NCBI GenBank assembly: GCA_963804815.1
Contig: CAWDRU010000002.1
Location: 4,934,780-4,998,779 of the forward strand
DNA from: Blastocatellia bacterium
GTDB lineage: Bacteria; Acidobacteriota; Blastocatellia; UBA7656
Direction of reading: 5' to 3'
Length of the DNA stretch: 64,000 nucleotides
A program made the translations under genes and the position numbers. Below the pieces are notes generated by a model that saw only the letters and a list, made by a program, of their open reading frames with translations, was not told where the DNA came from and ran no database searches. Below are positions 19,993 through 28,956 of this stretch, in pieces; positions within the stretch are counted from its first letter, which is position 1; each line of letters opens with the position of its first letter.

Positions 19993-20351
19993 TATAGACG
20001 AGTATCTCTCGCTCAGAGAGCATCATCTTCTGTTTAGAGATTGTTATTTTTATTGAGAGAACGTCATCTATCGTTGACAGTAAATCATCTCTCGTTAAAT
20101 TATATTTTTTATTTTGCTAATATTTTTTTTGTCATCAGGCAGATTTATTATTATTAATTATATTTGTGCCCGCATTGCGATTAGCGAGCCAACTATATCT
20201 CTCATAGTTTTTGGTGTCAATAAAAACTGTGATTTTTAATACTAACAATTATTTCGCGTGCGCCACTGCGGTGAATCGCTACGGCGAGGACTCAACAGTT
20301 ATTCAGATTATAACGCCTGATATTCTTTGTAAAAATCATCATAAGTAATGT

Positions 20352-20566
20352 AACGTGAATTCGACATAAGAATCAGCCCTGAAAGGGCGAAATTCAATAG
20401 CACAGGGCATCGCCCTGTGTCGTACATCGTGAAATAAACCAAGTGATTTATTTCGCCCTTTCAGGGCTTGTGAGATGGTGGTGTTGCATACCGTGGGTTT
20501 CACCCACGGCTATTGAATTTCGCCCTTTCAGGGCTTTTACTTCGATTATTATGTCGAACTCGCGTT
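20352..20566 (+). mobile_element. MITE-like structured repeat, family A copy 1 (about 215 bp, internal about 24-bp deletion vs other copies)
   Basis: Terminal inverted repeats AACGTGAATTCGACATAAG ... ATTATGTCGAACTCGCGTT. Internal GCCCTGAAAGGGCGAAAT units in inverted pairs. Flanking AATGT direct duplication. Confidence 0.7.
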
Positions 20567-20767
20567 AATGTAGGCATTTAAAAATTCGAGATTCAAAATA
20601 AACACGACCCGAAGCGCCATTGCCTATTTGTTTTATTATGCAGTAAACGGTCTTTAGAATCAGATATTCACTTACACCCCATTACTGATTTCACACTTAT
20701 CCGGCCAGTTGCATCGAGACTAAAACTGTATGGTAACTGTCCCTATCTGGCGATCAAAATATTCCGG

Positions 20768-20905
20768 GCTGTAACAAAGTAACTGTAGGGGCAGGGCTTG
20801 TCCCTGCCCGGATCGCCGATAGGCGATGATCTGTCATGGCTTTCAGCCATTCGGGCAGGGACAAGCCCTGCCCCTACATTGATTGTCAACCGACTTTGTT
20901 ACAGC
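20768..20905. repeat. palindromic repeat family B copy 1 (BIME/REP-like), with 13-bp TIR GCTGTAACAAAGT and flanking 13-bp direct repeats CAAAATATTCCGG
   Basis: Inner arms TGTAGGGGCAGGGCTTGTCCCTGCCCGGATCGC / CCATTCGGGCAGGGACAAGCCCTGCCCCTACA are inverted relative to each other and each is itself a hairpin. Direct repeats at 20755-20767 and 20911-20923. Confidence 0.6.
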
Positions 20906-20975
20906 CCTGTCAAAATATTCCGGCAATTAGCGTTACGGATAGAGCGCCAGTTGGAATAATTAAAGCGTTAGGGGA

Positions 20976-22727
20976 TTATCGTTTCAAAGCGAAGCTTGCG
21001 TCGCGATAAACCTCTTTACCTTCTAACAAAGTGAGCAGCACTTTCGCATTGTGGATTTCGTGCGGCGCAATCTCAAACAGATTACGGTCCACGACTATCA
21101 GGTCGGCGGCTTTGCCCGTTTCAATCGAACCTGTCTCGGCCTCTTCAAAGTTCAGATACGCGCCGTTGATCGTATAGCCCGCAAGCATCGTTTCGAGATC
21201 AACTCGTTCTTCGGCAATCCACGCCTCTCCCGGCCCTTTATCAAGCCCTCTGCGCGTTATCGCTACCTGAATCGCATCGAGCGGGTTCATCGAAGTGACT
21301 GACCAGTCGCTGCCGCAAGCTATGACTGCGCCTGTTGCAGAAAGGCTGTGAATCGGGTAGAGCCATCGCGAGCGCTCAGGCCCAAGCACGGGCAGCGTAA
21401 GTTCCGTTATGTAAGTATCGGCATAAGCCCAGAGCGGCTGGAAGTTCGCAATGACGCCGAGTCGCCGAAAGCGCGGCACATCCTGCGGGTTGAAAAGTTC
21501 TATATGGGCTATCGTGTGCCGGGAGTCTCGGCTGCCGTTCTTTGAGCGGGCGAACTCGAAAGCGTCGAGCGCGTTTCTGATGGCCCTGTCGCCGATGGCA
21601 TGAACGTGGACTTGAAACCCTTCGCGGTCGAGCGCCGCGACCAGAGGATTGAATACATCAGGCTCGACGTTCGCCTTGCCGCGATCACCCTCAGTTCCGA
21701 CATAAGGCTCAAGCAACGCTGCTGTGCGGGCTTCGATCACGCCGTCCGCAAAGATCTTTACGGCAGTGGCGCGCAACCTGCGGCCCTGATACCGCTTTCT
21801 CATCTCTGCGAGGCGCGACACCTCTGCCGCGCCTTTCGACGTATCGACCGACAGCGCCGCGACGACTCGCGCAGTCAACTCGCCGCGACGGTCAAGTTCG
21901 GCGTAAGTTTTAAGATACGTTTCGCTCACACTTGCGTCCTGAAACGAAGTGATGCCGAAGCGATTTGCCATCTCAAGCCCGCGTCGAAGCCCTTTTGTGT
22001 AATCCTCAGTCGAATACTGAGGCAGGTGACGCTCGACAAGCGCCATCGCATCTTCGCGAAGCGTGCCCGTAGGCTCATTCGTCGCGGGGTCGCGCTCGAT
22101 GCGGCCCGGTTTCGGATCAGGCGTGTTTTTCGTTATTCCGGCAATTTCGAGAGCGCGCGAATTCGCCCACGCTGAATGGCCGTCGGCGGCATACAAAAAG
22201 ACAGGCCGGTCAGGAATCGTTTTGTCGAGACTGGATTTGTGCGGATTGGCATTTGGAAAAAGCGGAAGCTGCCAGCCCGACCCGCGAATCCACTTTTTCT
22301 GCGGGTTCTGCTCCGCGTACCGCCGAACAGCGTCAAGTATCTGCTGTTCGGAAGTAAGCTCGCTCAACTGGCATTCATCCATCTCTATGCCGCCCGACAC
22401 GACATGGACATGCGAGTCATGAAAGCTCGGCAACAGCATCCTGCCTCGTAAATCGACGACGACAGTCTGCGGGCCAATCCATTTTTGAGCCTTGCTGTCG
22501 GGGCCGACATAAACTATGCGGCCCTGGCTTACGGCTACGGTTTCAGCCCAACTGCGCGCTGCGTCGAGCGTGTAGACAGCGCCGTTGCGGAATATCAGGT
22601 CAGCAGTCTTTGTTGCGGGTTTCTGAGAGATGGCAAAAGCATTGCCTGACGAGAAGAGCACAAACAGGAGCAGGCTTGAAAGAGTTCGGCGCACGAGCAA
22701 CCTCCGAAAAGTGAAAGTGAGAAGCAC
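20976..22727 (-). CDS. secreted amidohydrolase-family metal-dependent hydrolase (amidohydrolase_3 / YtcJ-like)
   Basis: HDSHVHV near the N-terminus and HVHAIGDRA...HIELF later, typical of the amidohydrolase 3 family. Signal peptide. Confidence 0.7.
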   Translation of the reverse strand: MLLTFTFRRLLVRRTLSSLLLFVLFSSGNAFAISQKPATKTADLIFRNGAVYTLDAARSWAETVAVSQGRIVYVGPDSKAQKWIGPQTVVVDLRGRMLLPSFHDSHVHVVSGGIEMDECQLSELTSEQQILDAVRRYAEQNPQKKWIRGSGWQLPLFPNANPHKSSLDKTIPDRPVFLYAADGHSAWANSRALEIAGITKNTPDPKPGRIERDPATNEPTGTLREDAMALVERHLPQYSTEDYTKGLRRGLEMANRFGITSFQDASVSETYLKTYAELDRRGELTARVVAALSVDTSKGAAEVSRLAEMRKRYQGRRLRATAVKIFADGVIEARTAALLEPYVGTEGDRGKANVEPDVFNPLVAALDREGFQVHVHAIGDRAIRNALDAFEFARSKNGSRDSRHTIAHIELFNPQDVPRFRRLGVIANFQPLWAYADTYITELTLPVLGPERSRWLYPIHSLSATGAVIACGSDWSVTSMNPLDAIQVAITRRGLDKGPGEAWIAEERVDLETMLAGYTINGAYLNFEEAETGSIETGKAADLIVVDRNLFEIAPHEIHNAKVLLTLLEGKEVYRDASFALKR

Positions 22728-22840
22728 ATACTGTTGCGGGCCAAACAGTACCGAAAGCGATAGCGCCCGTGTAAAAAAAGATTGTTCGAGCTTGAATACA
22801 CCCGTGCGCTATCGCTTCCTGTACCGTCCTGCTTCCTGGC

Positions 22841-23887
22841 TCACTTCACCTTCTTCGCCTGAGCCTCCTGCCCGTTTACATTGAGATTCATGTGAGTCAC
22901 CTGACCTGTTGCATCTTTTACGAAAGTAATTTTCACTCCTACAGTCGGAACGTTAAAGACGGTCTCTGATTCAGCGATCAACTCTTCTTTCGTATCGTTG
23001 TTGGGCTGGCCGTAGAGCCGGTCGTTCTCTCTGGTTATATTGAGAGGCCCGAACGGAGTATCGTACTGTCCCACATAGGCGTCGAAATTTTTCGGATCAA
23101 CTTTGACGGCAGGCGGCGCAGACGCAGATGGCGTCGCCTTTGGCACGTCCACAACCTGCGAGGATGTCTGTGAAGCAAGACCCGACAATTGCGATGCGAC
23201 TACCTGCCAGCGACCGTTGCGCTTCACATATACATCCGTGTAGCGGTGCTGAAGGTTATAGTCCTGACCTTTTTGAGGCCCGTCCCGATAGGTCCCTCTC
23301 TGAATGACCTTGCCCGTCAGCACAGCCGTGTCGCCATAGATTCGCACCTTCGTATCGGCAGTCATAAATATAGGCGGCGCTCCTGCGGGAGCGGGATTTT
23401 TGAGTCTGGCTATTTCATCGGCCTTAGTCATGACTGTGCCATCAGAAAAGGTGATCGTAAAATCGTCTGCTTCTATGCGTTCCATTGCCGCCACATCGCG
23501 CTTTGTATAGGCGTCGAGCCATTCGCGCTCAAGCTTCAGCAGGTCCTGTTCGACAGAGCCTGCCTGAGTCGAGGGCGAAGCTGTGTCTGCGGGCTTTTTT
23601 GGCTCTTCGGCTTTCCTGTCTTCGACCTTCATGCCCGGCTTGTATTCGGCGAGCCATTCAATATCGATGGCGTCCGCGCCGCGCCGCGCCTTTTCTGATA
23701 TAAGCCACTGGCCGCGCTCGTTCCATGGCGCGCCGCCTTCGAGCGCTACGTGACAGAAGGTACAATCTTTCGCGCCGAACTTGCGTGCTTTGTTCAGGAA
23801 AAGCGGATAGCCGAACGACTCTCCCGCGAGCGCCGTAACAAAAGCCCCGACGAAAAAGAGCGCAATTGAAATTTTAATAGTCTTCAC
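22841..23887 (-). CDS. secreted protein: N-terminal CxxCH (cytochrome c-like) module fused to SnoaL-like/DUF4440 domains
   Basis: Signal peptide, then KDCTFCHV (CXXCH). Later segments (WLDAYTKRDVAAMERIEADDFTITFSDGTVMTKADEIARL) look NTF2/SnoaL-like. C-terminal beta domain. Confidence 0.5.
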   Translation of the reverse strand: MKTIKISIALFFVGAFVTALAGESFGYPLFLNKARKFGAKDCTFCHVALEGGAPWNERGQWLISEKARRGADAIDIEWLAEYKPGMKVEDRKAEEPKKPADTASPSTQAGSVEQDLLKLEREWLDAYTKRDVAAMERIEADDFTITFSDGTVMTKADEIARLKNPAPAGAPPIFMTADTKVRIYGDTAVLTGKVIQRGTYRDGPQKGQDYNLQHRYTDVYVKRNGRWQVVASQLSGLASQTSSQVVDVPKATPSASAPPAVKVDPKNFDAYVGQYDTPFGPLNITRENDRLYGQPNNDTKEELIAESETVFNVPTVGVKITFVKDATGQVTHMNLNVNGQEAQAKKVK

Positions 23888-23985
23888 CTTGACTCTCCCT
23901 TGCGTTTTAAAATATGTGCGGATAAATGACAGTATACACTACGAGCAAAACCGGGGTAGTTCAAGTCAGAGCTGTTGCGAGTAGA

Positions 23986-24104
23986 TGTAGGGGCAGGGCT
24001 TGTCCCTGCCCGGATCGCGAAGCGATGACAGACTTATAATTCGGTAGATTTCAAATCAATCATGGCCTTACGGCCATTCGGGCAGGGACAAGCCCTGCCC
24101 CTAC
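23986..24104. repeat. palindromic repeat family B copy 2 (inner arms only)
   Basis: TGTAGGGGCAGGGCTTGTCCCTGCCCGGATCGC ...57 nt... CCATTCGGGCAGGGACAAGCCCTGCCCCTAC. Lies between the stops of 22841..23887 and 24127..24906. Confidence 0.6.
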
Positions 24105-24126
24105 TATGCATTCAACCGAACTCGTT

Positions 24127-24906
24127 TCATCTGGCGCAGGTCAGCGCGCGACCGCCGTCGATGCCTATGGTTGCGCCTGTAATCCAGCTCGCGCGATCAG
24201 ATGCCAGAAAGCAGATCAACTCTGCGACCTCCCCGGCTTCGCCAACGCGACCGAGCGGGTGCGTGGTCTTACTGTGTTCGAGAAACGCTCGATAGGCATC
24301 CGCGTTCATTCCGCCCGAACGATGAAGACTGGTAACGACGACGCCCGGATTCACCGCGTTGACTCTGACACCTTTCGCGGCAAGCTCAAGCGCGGCGCAG
24401 CGTGTAAGCTGATCGAGTCCCGCTTTGCTCACGCAATAGGCCAGCACGCCCGGAAAAGAGCGCGGTCCGGTCACGCTCGACACGTTGACGATGTTTCCGC
24501 GCGAGCGTTCCAGATGGGGAACGGCCATCTGCATCAGGTGAAAGACCGAGCGCAGGTTGATGTTCATCATCTCGTCCCAAAGCTCAAGCGATGTCTCTTC
24601 TATGCGACCCGATTTGAGAATGCCCGCCGCATTGATTAACACATCAAGCCCGTCCATCATCTCAGCCCCTCGCGTCACGCAGGATTGGCTTTGCCTTTCA
24701 TCTGAAAGATCAGCCGCGATGATGAAAGCCTCTCCCTTATCGGCTGCCGCTTCATCCACAACGCGCTCAAGCGCGCTCTCGCTTCGGCTTACCAGCGTGA
24801 CGGTCGCGCCCGCGTTTAAGAAAAGCTTTGCCGTTGCGCGACCAATGCCGCTCGATGCGCCCGTCACTATAACTTTTTTTCGCGTTCTTTCTTCATGCAT
24901 AATCAC
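24127..24906 (-). CDS. SDR family oxidoreductase
   Basis: TGASSGIGRATA Rossmann motif, NAAG, and the YCVSK catalytic Tyr-x3-Lys. Confidence 0.85.
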   Translation of the reverse strand: MIMHEERTRKKVIVTGASSGIGRATAKLFLNAGATVTLVSRSESALERVVDEAAADKGEAFIIAADLSDERQSQSCVTRGAEMMDGLDVLINAAGILKSGRIEETSLELWDEMMNINLRSVFHLMQMAVPHLERSRGNIVNVSSVTGPRSFPGVLAYCVSKAGLDQLTRCAALELAAKGVRVNAVNPGVVVTSLHRSGGMNADAYRAFLEHSKTTHPLGRVGEAGEVAELICFLASDRASWITGATIGIDGGRALTCAR

Positions 24907-25111
24907 AGTCTGCTTATTGATCTGCTCAATGGCAAGCAGAAGTTTGTTTTAATCAATATGTAACATTCGCGTTACGTTTTATTAATAAAGCATTTATATA
25001 CTGAGCGTTCAATTCATATTTCCTTTACACCGGAGAGTGAAATATATCGCCTGTCCCTTCGCTGGTGATGTCGGGAACCAAACAAACCACTTCTATCTAT
25101 CTGGAGGAAAG

Positions 25112-26638
25112 ATGCAAAGCAGGTCAACAGTGCTGAGTTTAGTATTGATGCTCGCTCTCCTATTTTGTTTTGATAAGGCCGAGGCGAGAACGCAGCAACA
25201 ATCATCAGGCAACAACACAACAACCACAGACACGAGCGGGGCGTCAAAAGCCGCGCCTGCGCCTTCAGTTGAGGACAGGCTTCGCGCGCTCGAACAGGTA
25301 ATCGAACGACAACAGAACGAGATTCGATCTCTTCATGAGATGATAGACAAAGAAAAGCGCAATGCTGAAACCGCAAAGACCGACGCCGTCTCTGAAGCGC
25401 GTCAGCCCATAGTCGCCGCAGATCAAACTCCGGCTTCGGGCAAGAATGAAGCCGCGCCGCCCGACCAGACTCAGAAGCGAGTTGATGAGCTTTACAAGAA
25501 GTTCGGCGCGATTCGCTTCAGCGGCGACATTCGCTTTCGCACAGAGACGTTTCGCAATCAGGGCTTTGACAGCCTTGCCGAAGCGCCTGCGCGTAACCGG
25601 CTGCGGATGCGTGTGCGGCTTGCGCTCGACGGCTCGCTCAACAAGCATTTCGACTGGGGGGTCAAGCTGGCTTCCGGGATATTCACCGATCCGATATCGT
25701 CGAATCAGACCTTTACCGATTTCTTCGAGCGCAAGCCGTTTGCGCTCGAACGCGCCTTCGTTCGCTATGACTCGGTAGCGAGTGACAATGGGGCAGGCGT
25801 GCAACTGGTCGCGGGGAAATTCGAGCCGACCTTTCGCCGAACTCAGATGGTCTGGGACGACGATGTGAACGTTGAAGGCGCAAGCGAGGCGCTCTACTTC
25901 AAGTCAACTTCGAGCTTGAAGCAGATCAAGCTGGTCGCCTTCCAGTTGCCTTTCAATGAACTATCCGCCGCTAAAGACGGTGTGCTTTACGGCGGCCAGC
26001 TTCAAACCGACTGGCAATTTGCTCCGACGGTTTCAGCCAACGTCAATGCCTCTTATTACGCATGGAACAGGGCCGATCAGATCGCGCTTGGGCTTGGCGC
26101 GCTGGCGACTCAGGTCAACGGCGGAATCTTTAACGGCGCGGGGCTGACGGGCAATCAAAACGGCGCGCTCGGCACTTCAAATCGTCTCGTTAGAAATGCG
26201 AGCGGGAATGTTACGGGCTTTCTTGCCGGGTTCAATCTCTTTGACGTGCTCGGCAATCTGACATGGCAGGCAGGTCACAAAATCCCTGTGACTTTCACCT
26301 TTGACTATGTAAGGAATCTCTCAGACAGAATTGACGACGAAAAGAACGGTTACTGGGCAGGCGTACAGGTAGGCCAAACCAGAGAAGCGCACGACTGGAT
26401 GGTTGGCTATACATTCACGCGCATCGAGCAGGACGCCGTGCTTGTGCCGTTCAACTTCAGCGACATCCTCTCGTCCAACAGCCGCGCTCACATCCCGACT
26501 TTCGCCTATCAGGTTTCCAACGGCGTGACGTTGCAATGGACGGGGTTGTTCTCTCAGCGCGCGAACACAATCGTGCCGCTCTCCCCGGTCAATCGCTGGC
26601 TGAACAGAATGCAGTTCGACGCTATCTACAAATTCTGA
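25112..26638 (+). CDS. putative outer-membrane porin (N-terminal coiled coil + beta-barrel)
   Basis: GGAGG RBS. Signal peptide MQSRSTVLSLVLMLALLFCF. Coiled-coil VEDRLRALEQVIERQQNEIRSL. Alternating amphipathic beta-strands and a C-terminal aromatic residue (…IYKF). Confidence 0.5.
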   Translation: MQSRSTVLSLVLMLALLFCFDKAEARTQQQSSGNNTTTTDTSGASKAAPAPSVEDRLRALEQVIERQQNEIRSLHEMIDKEKRNAETAKTDAVSEARQPIVAADQTPASGKNEAAPPDQTQKRVDELYKKFGAIRFSGDIRFRTETFRNQGFDSLAEAPARNRLRMRVRLALDGSLNKHFDWGVKLASGIFTDPISSNQTFTDFFERKPFALERAFVRYDSVASDNGAGVQLVAGKFEPTFRRTQMVWDDDVNVEGASEALYFKSTSSLKQIKLVAFQLPFNELSAAKDGVLYGGQLQTDWQFAPTVSANVNASYYAWNRADQIALGLGALATQVNGGIFNGAGLTGNQNGALGTSNRLVRNASGNVTGFLAGFNLFDVLGNLTWQAGHKIPVTFTFDYVRNLSDRIDDEKNGYWAGVQVGQTREAHDWMVGYTFTRIEQDAVLVPFNFSDILSSNSRAHIPTFAYQVSNGVTLQWTGLFSQRANTIVPLSPVNRWLNRMQFDAIYKF

Positions 26639-26683
26639 GGTCGGACTCGGCTCTTTGGGAACAGTAAGCAATGATTCGGTGTC

Positions 26684-26720
26684 AAATGTAGAGCAGGCTT
26701 GAGGGCCTGCTCTACATTTG
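26684..26720 (+). terminator. terminator-like hairpin after porin gene
   Basis: caaatgtagagcaggc ttgagg gcctgctctacatttg (16-bp stem). No U-run. Confidence 0.45.
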
Positions 26721-26795
26721 CGATGGCGATGCAAGTTTTCCTGAGCGCGCCATTCCAATCGTTACGCAACCCTGTTTCAAGGAGTCTTCCGGCAA

Positions 26796-27878
26796 ATGAA
26801 ATCTATAACTATCTTCGCCATGCTCATGCTCCTGGTGCCGAGCCAGATTGCGCAAACGCGCACGGCCCGACGCGCCGTTCAAACCACCGAGGCATCCGTT
26901 CAACCCTCACAGCCACAGCTTCCGATTCGCCGCGTCATTCTTTACAGCAACGGCGTCGCTTACTTCGAGCGGCGCGGAACGGTGTCGCCTCACGCGGAGG
27001 TCAACCTGCCTTTCAAGCAATCGCAGATTAAAGATCGCCCGATGGGCGGGCTTCGATTAAAGAACACATCCGCGCTCACGCTCGAAGGCGGGTCGCTGAC
27101 AGTCCTTGACGGCGACGCTTATGCCGGTGAAGCGTTGATTGAAAGGCTCAAACCGGGCGAAGAAAGATTCATCTCTTTCGCTTTGGATCTGGGCACGCTC
27201 GTCACCACACGGTTAAAAAACGACCGTGAACCTGCATTTCTTATCAGAGCCGTGAAAGGCGTGATTCAGGCCCACTACTATCAAACAGACAGAAAAGTCT
27301 ACACCATCACCAATCAGACAGACCGCCCGCGCATCGTGTTCGTAGAGCATCCGATACGCGAGCGATGGAAGCTCTCAGGCGATACGGCAAAACCTTACGA
27401 AACGACCGCATCAGCTTATCGCTTCCACGTCGAAGTGAAACCGCGCGCGACGGTCGAGTTGCCCGTCATCGAACAGCTTGCGCTGATGGACAGCTATGCG
27501 CTCTCGAACCTGACTCGAAACGACATCGAGATTTTCGTCGCGCGCCGCTACATCGACGATACGACTCGCGCCGCGCTCGAAAATATAATTGAGATAAAGA
27601 GCAGGATCGCATCTGTCGATGCCCGTGTTGCGGCGGCAGACCGCGAAACCGTAGAGATCGCAGCAGACCAGGAGCGGTTGCGCGAAAACATCAAGGCGTT
27701 GAGCAAAGAGGCGGAGGCGCGGCAACTGATCGCGCGCTACGTTGCAAAAGCTACGCAACAGGAGACGCGCATCGAACAGATCACCGTTGAAAAACGAGCA
27801 GCGGCAGTCGAACGCGCGCGGCTACAGGCAGAGCTTGATGCGGCGATTCGCGCTCTTGCTCTGGATCGCAAGCTCTGA
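26796..27878 (+). CDS. hypothetical secreted protein with C-terminal coiled coil (possibly DUF4139-like)
   Basis: Signal peptide MKSITIFAMLMLLVPSQIAQT. Family assignment is from memory of the N-terminal pattern only. Confidence 0.4.
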   Translation: MKSITIFAMLMLLVPSQIAQTRTARRAVQTTEASVQPSQPQLPIRRVILYSNGVAYFERRGTVSPHAEVNLPFKQSQIKDRPMGGLRLKNTSALTLEGGSLTVLDGDAYAGEALIERLKPGEERFISFALDLGTLVTTRLKNDREPAFLIRAVKGVIQAHYYQTDRKVYTITNQTDRPRIVFVEHPIRERWKLSGDTAKPYETTASAYRFHVEVKPRATVELPVIEQLALMDSYALSNLTRNDIEIFVARRYIDDTTRAALENIIEIKSRIASVDARVAAADRETVEIAADQERLRENIKALSKEAEARQLIARYVAKATQQETRIEQITVEKRAAAVERARLQAELDAAIRALALDRKL

Positions 27879-27902
27879 CTTTCGATCTACTGGTTTGGGT
27901 TG

Positions 27903-28352
27903 CTATTGAGCAAAGCTTGATCGCAGCTTGACTGCCCATCGCCCGGCTTCTTTCGTCACGATATAGAGCGAATCATAGGAGCCTATTTTCGTGCCGTCGG
28001 CCCGGTAGCGTGTGAATCTGGTATCGACATGCACTTTGTCTTTGGACGCATGAATGATACGGCGACGGTCCCATTTGCTGTGATGCCAGTCACTGCCCGC
28101 GCTTGCCCATACCTTTGTCGCATCCTGTAGTCCGGGGCGTTCGAGAACGCTCATATTGCCGCTGGCCAGCCGGTAGTGCGGGAAATGAAAGGTGCGTTCC
28201 CATGCAGACAAATCCTTCCGGTTCCAGGCGGCCATATAATCGTCTAAAAGCTTCATCACCTCTGCTTCAGCCTCTGCCTTTGGCTTTTGAGCGGCAGCCG
28301 CAGTCCCCGTAATTGAGCCGATGAGTAAAAAAATGACCGCAATGATTTTCAT
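27903..28352 (-). CDS. secreted SnoaL-like / NTF2-fold protein
   Basis: Signal peptide. LLDDYMAAWNRKDLSAWERTF is typical of DUF4440/SnoaL-like proteins. Confidence 0.5.
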   Translation of the reverse strand: MKIIAVIFLLIGSITGTAAAAQKPKAEAEAEVMKLLDDYMAAWNRKDLSAWERTFHFPHYRLASGNMSVLERPGLQDATKVWASAGSDWHHSKWDRRRIIHASKDKVHVDTRFTRYRADGTKIGSYDSLYIVTKEAGRWAVKLRSSFAQ

Positions 28353-28475
28353 AATCGCCGCCTCCTGATTTGTGTCAACTGGAAATCAGTTTCTTTCGGC
28401 AGAAAATAAATTCTTTCATTGTTGATGGCGCTCCGGCGATAAAGCATCTATTGCTTAGACTCTGGCGCTCTCCGT

Positions 28476-28709
28476 TTACAATGCTTGCATTAAGGCATGT
28501 TCGATTGCAGGGGGGAAATCAAAAAGAACAAAGTAATCCGCCGGATAGAGATAATCCTCTCCTTCATTATCTATCACTCGGATGTAGTTTGATTTTGCGG
28601 CTTTCTTGTCGGGCAGCACCTGATAGATCATTCGAGGCGTCAATAAATCCGGGTCGTCCGTGTTAATGCAGATAGCAAATTGCCGCGCTGAATTCTTTTG
28701 CTTTGTCAT
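28476..28709 (-). CDS. small hypothetical protein (77 aa)
   Basis: ORF only. Tightly adjacent to the 80-aa ORF upstream. Confidence 0.3.
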   Translation of the reverse strand: MTKQKNSARQFAICINTDDPDLLTPRMIYQVLPDKKAAKSNYIRVIDNEGEDYLYPADYFVLFDFPPAIEHALMQAL

Positions 28710-28713
28710 AGCC

Positions 28714-28956
28714 TTAATCCAGAAATCGTTTGATCCTCATTTTCTTCCTGCCCAGTCCATGCGCCTCAAACCAATGTAGTTCCGCTAAACGAATATTACC
28801 ATTTACCAGTCGCACAGTTGCAATACCTTTGAGCTTTCGCCAGCGACCTTTTCCATATCTCTTTCTCAAAATCGGAAGTATGCGAATCTTGCTGCCGATG
28901 GCAATTGTTTCGATTTCAACAATCTCACTGATGATCTCAAAGTTCATCTGTATCAA
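28714..28956 (-). CDS. small hypothetical protein (80 aa), basic C-terminus
   Basis: ORF only. Its stop is 5 nt from the next ORF start. ELHWFEAHGLGRKKMRIKRF. Confidence 0.3.
   Translation of the reverse strand: MIQMNFEIISEIVEIETIAIGSKIRILPILRKRYGKGRWRKLKGIATVRLVNGNIRLAELHWFEAHGLGRKKMRIKRFLD

Noticed and set aside
19960-20570. Possible CRISPR array because of reiterated short motifs
   Set aside because: The repeats are irregular in spacing. Many are inverted rather than direct, and they resolve into an operator-like half-site array plus a TIR-bounded MITE. No cas genes are nearby.
21600-22175. 191-aa + ORF, together with 22063..22422 and 23189..23698 plus
   Set aside because: Antisense to the amidohydrolase and cytochrome/SnoaL genes. 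Arg-rich.
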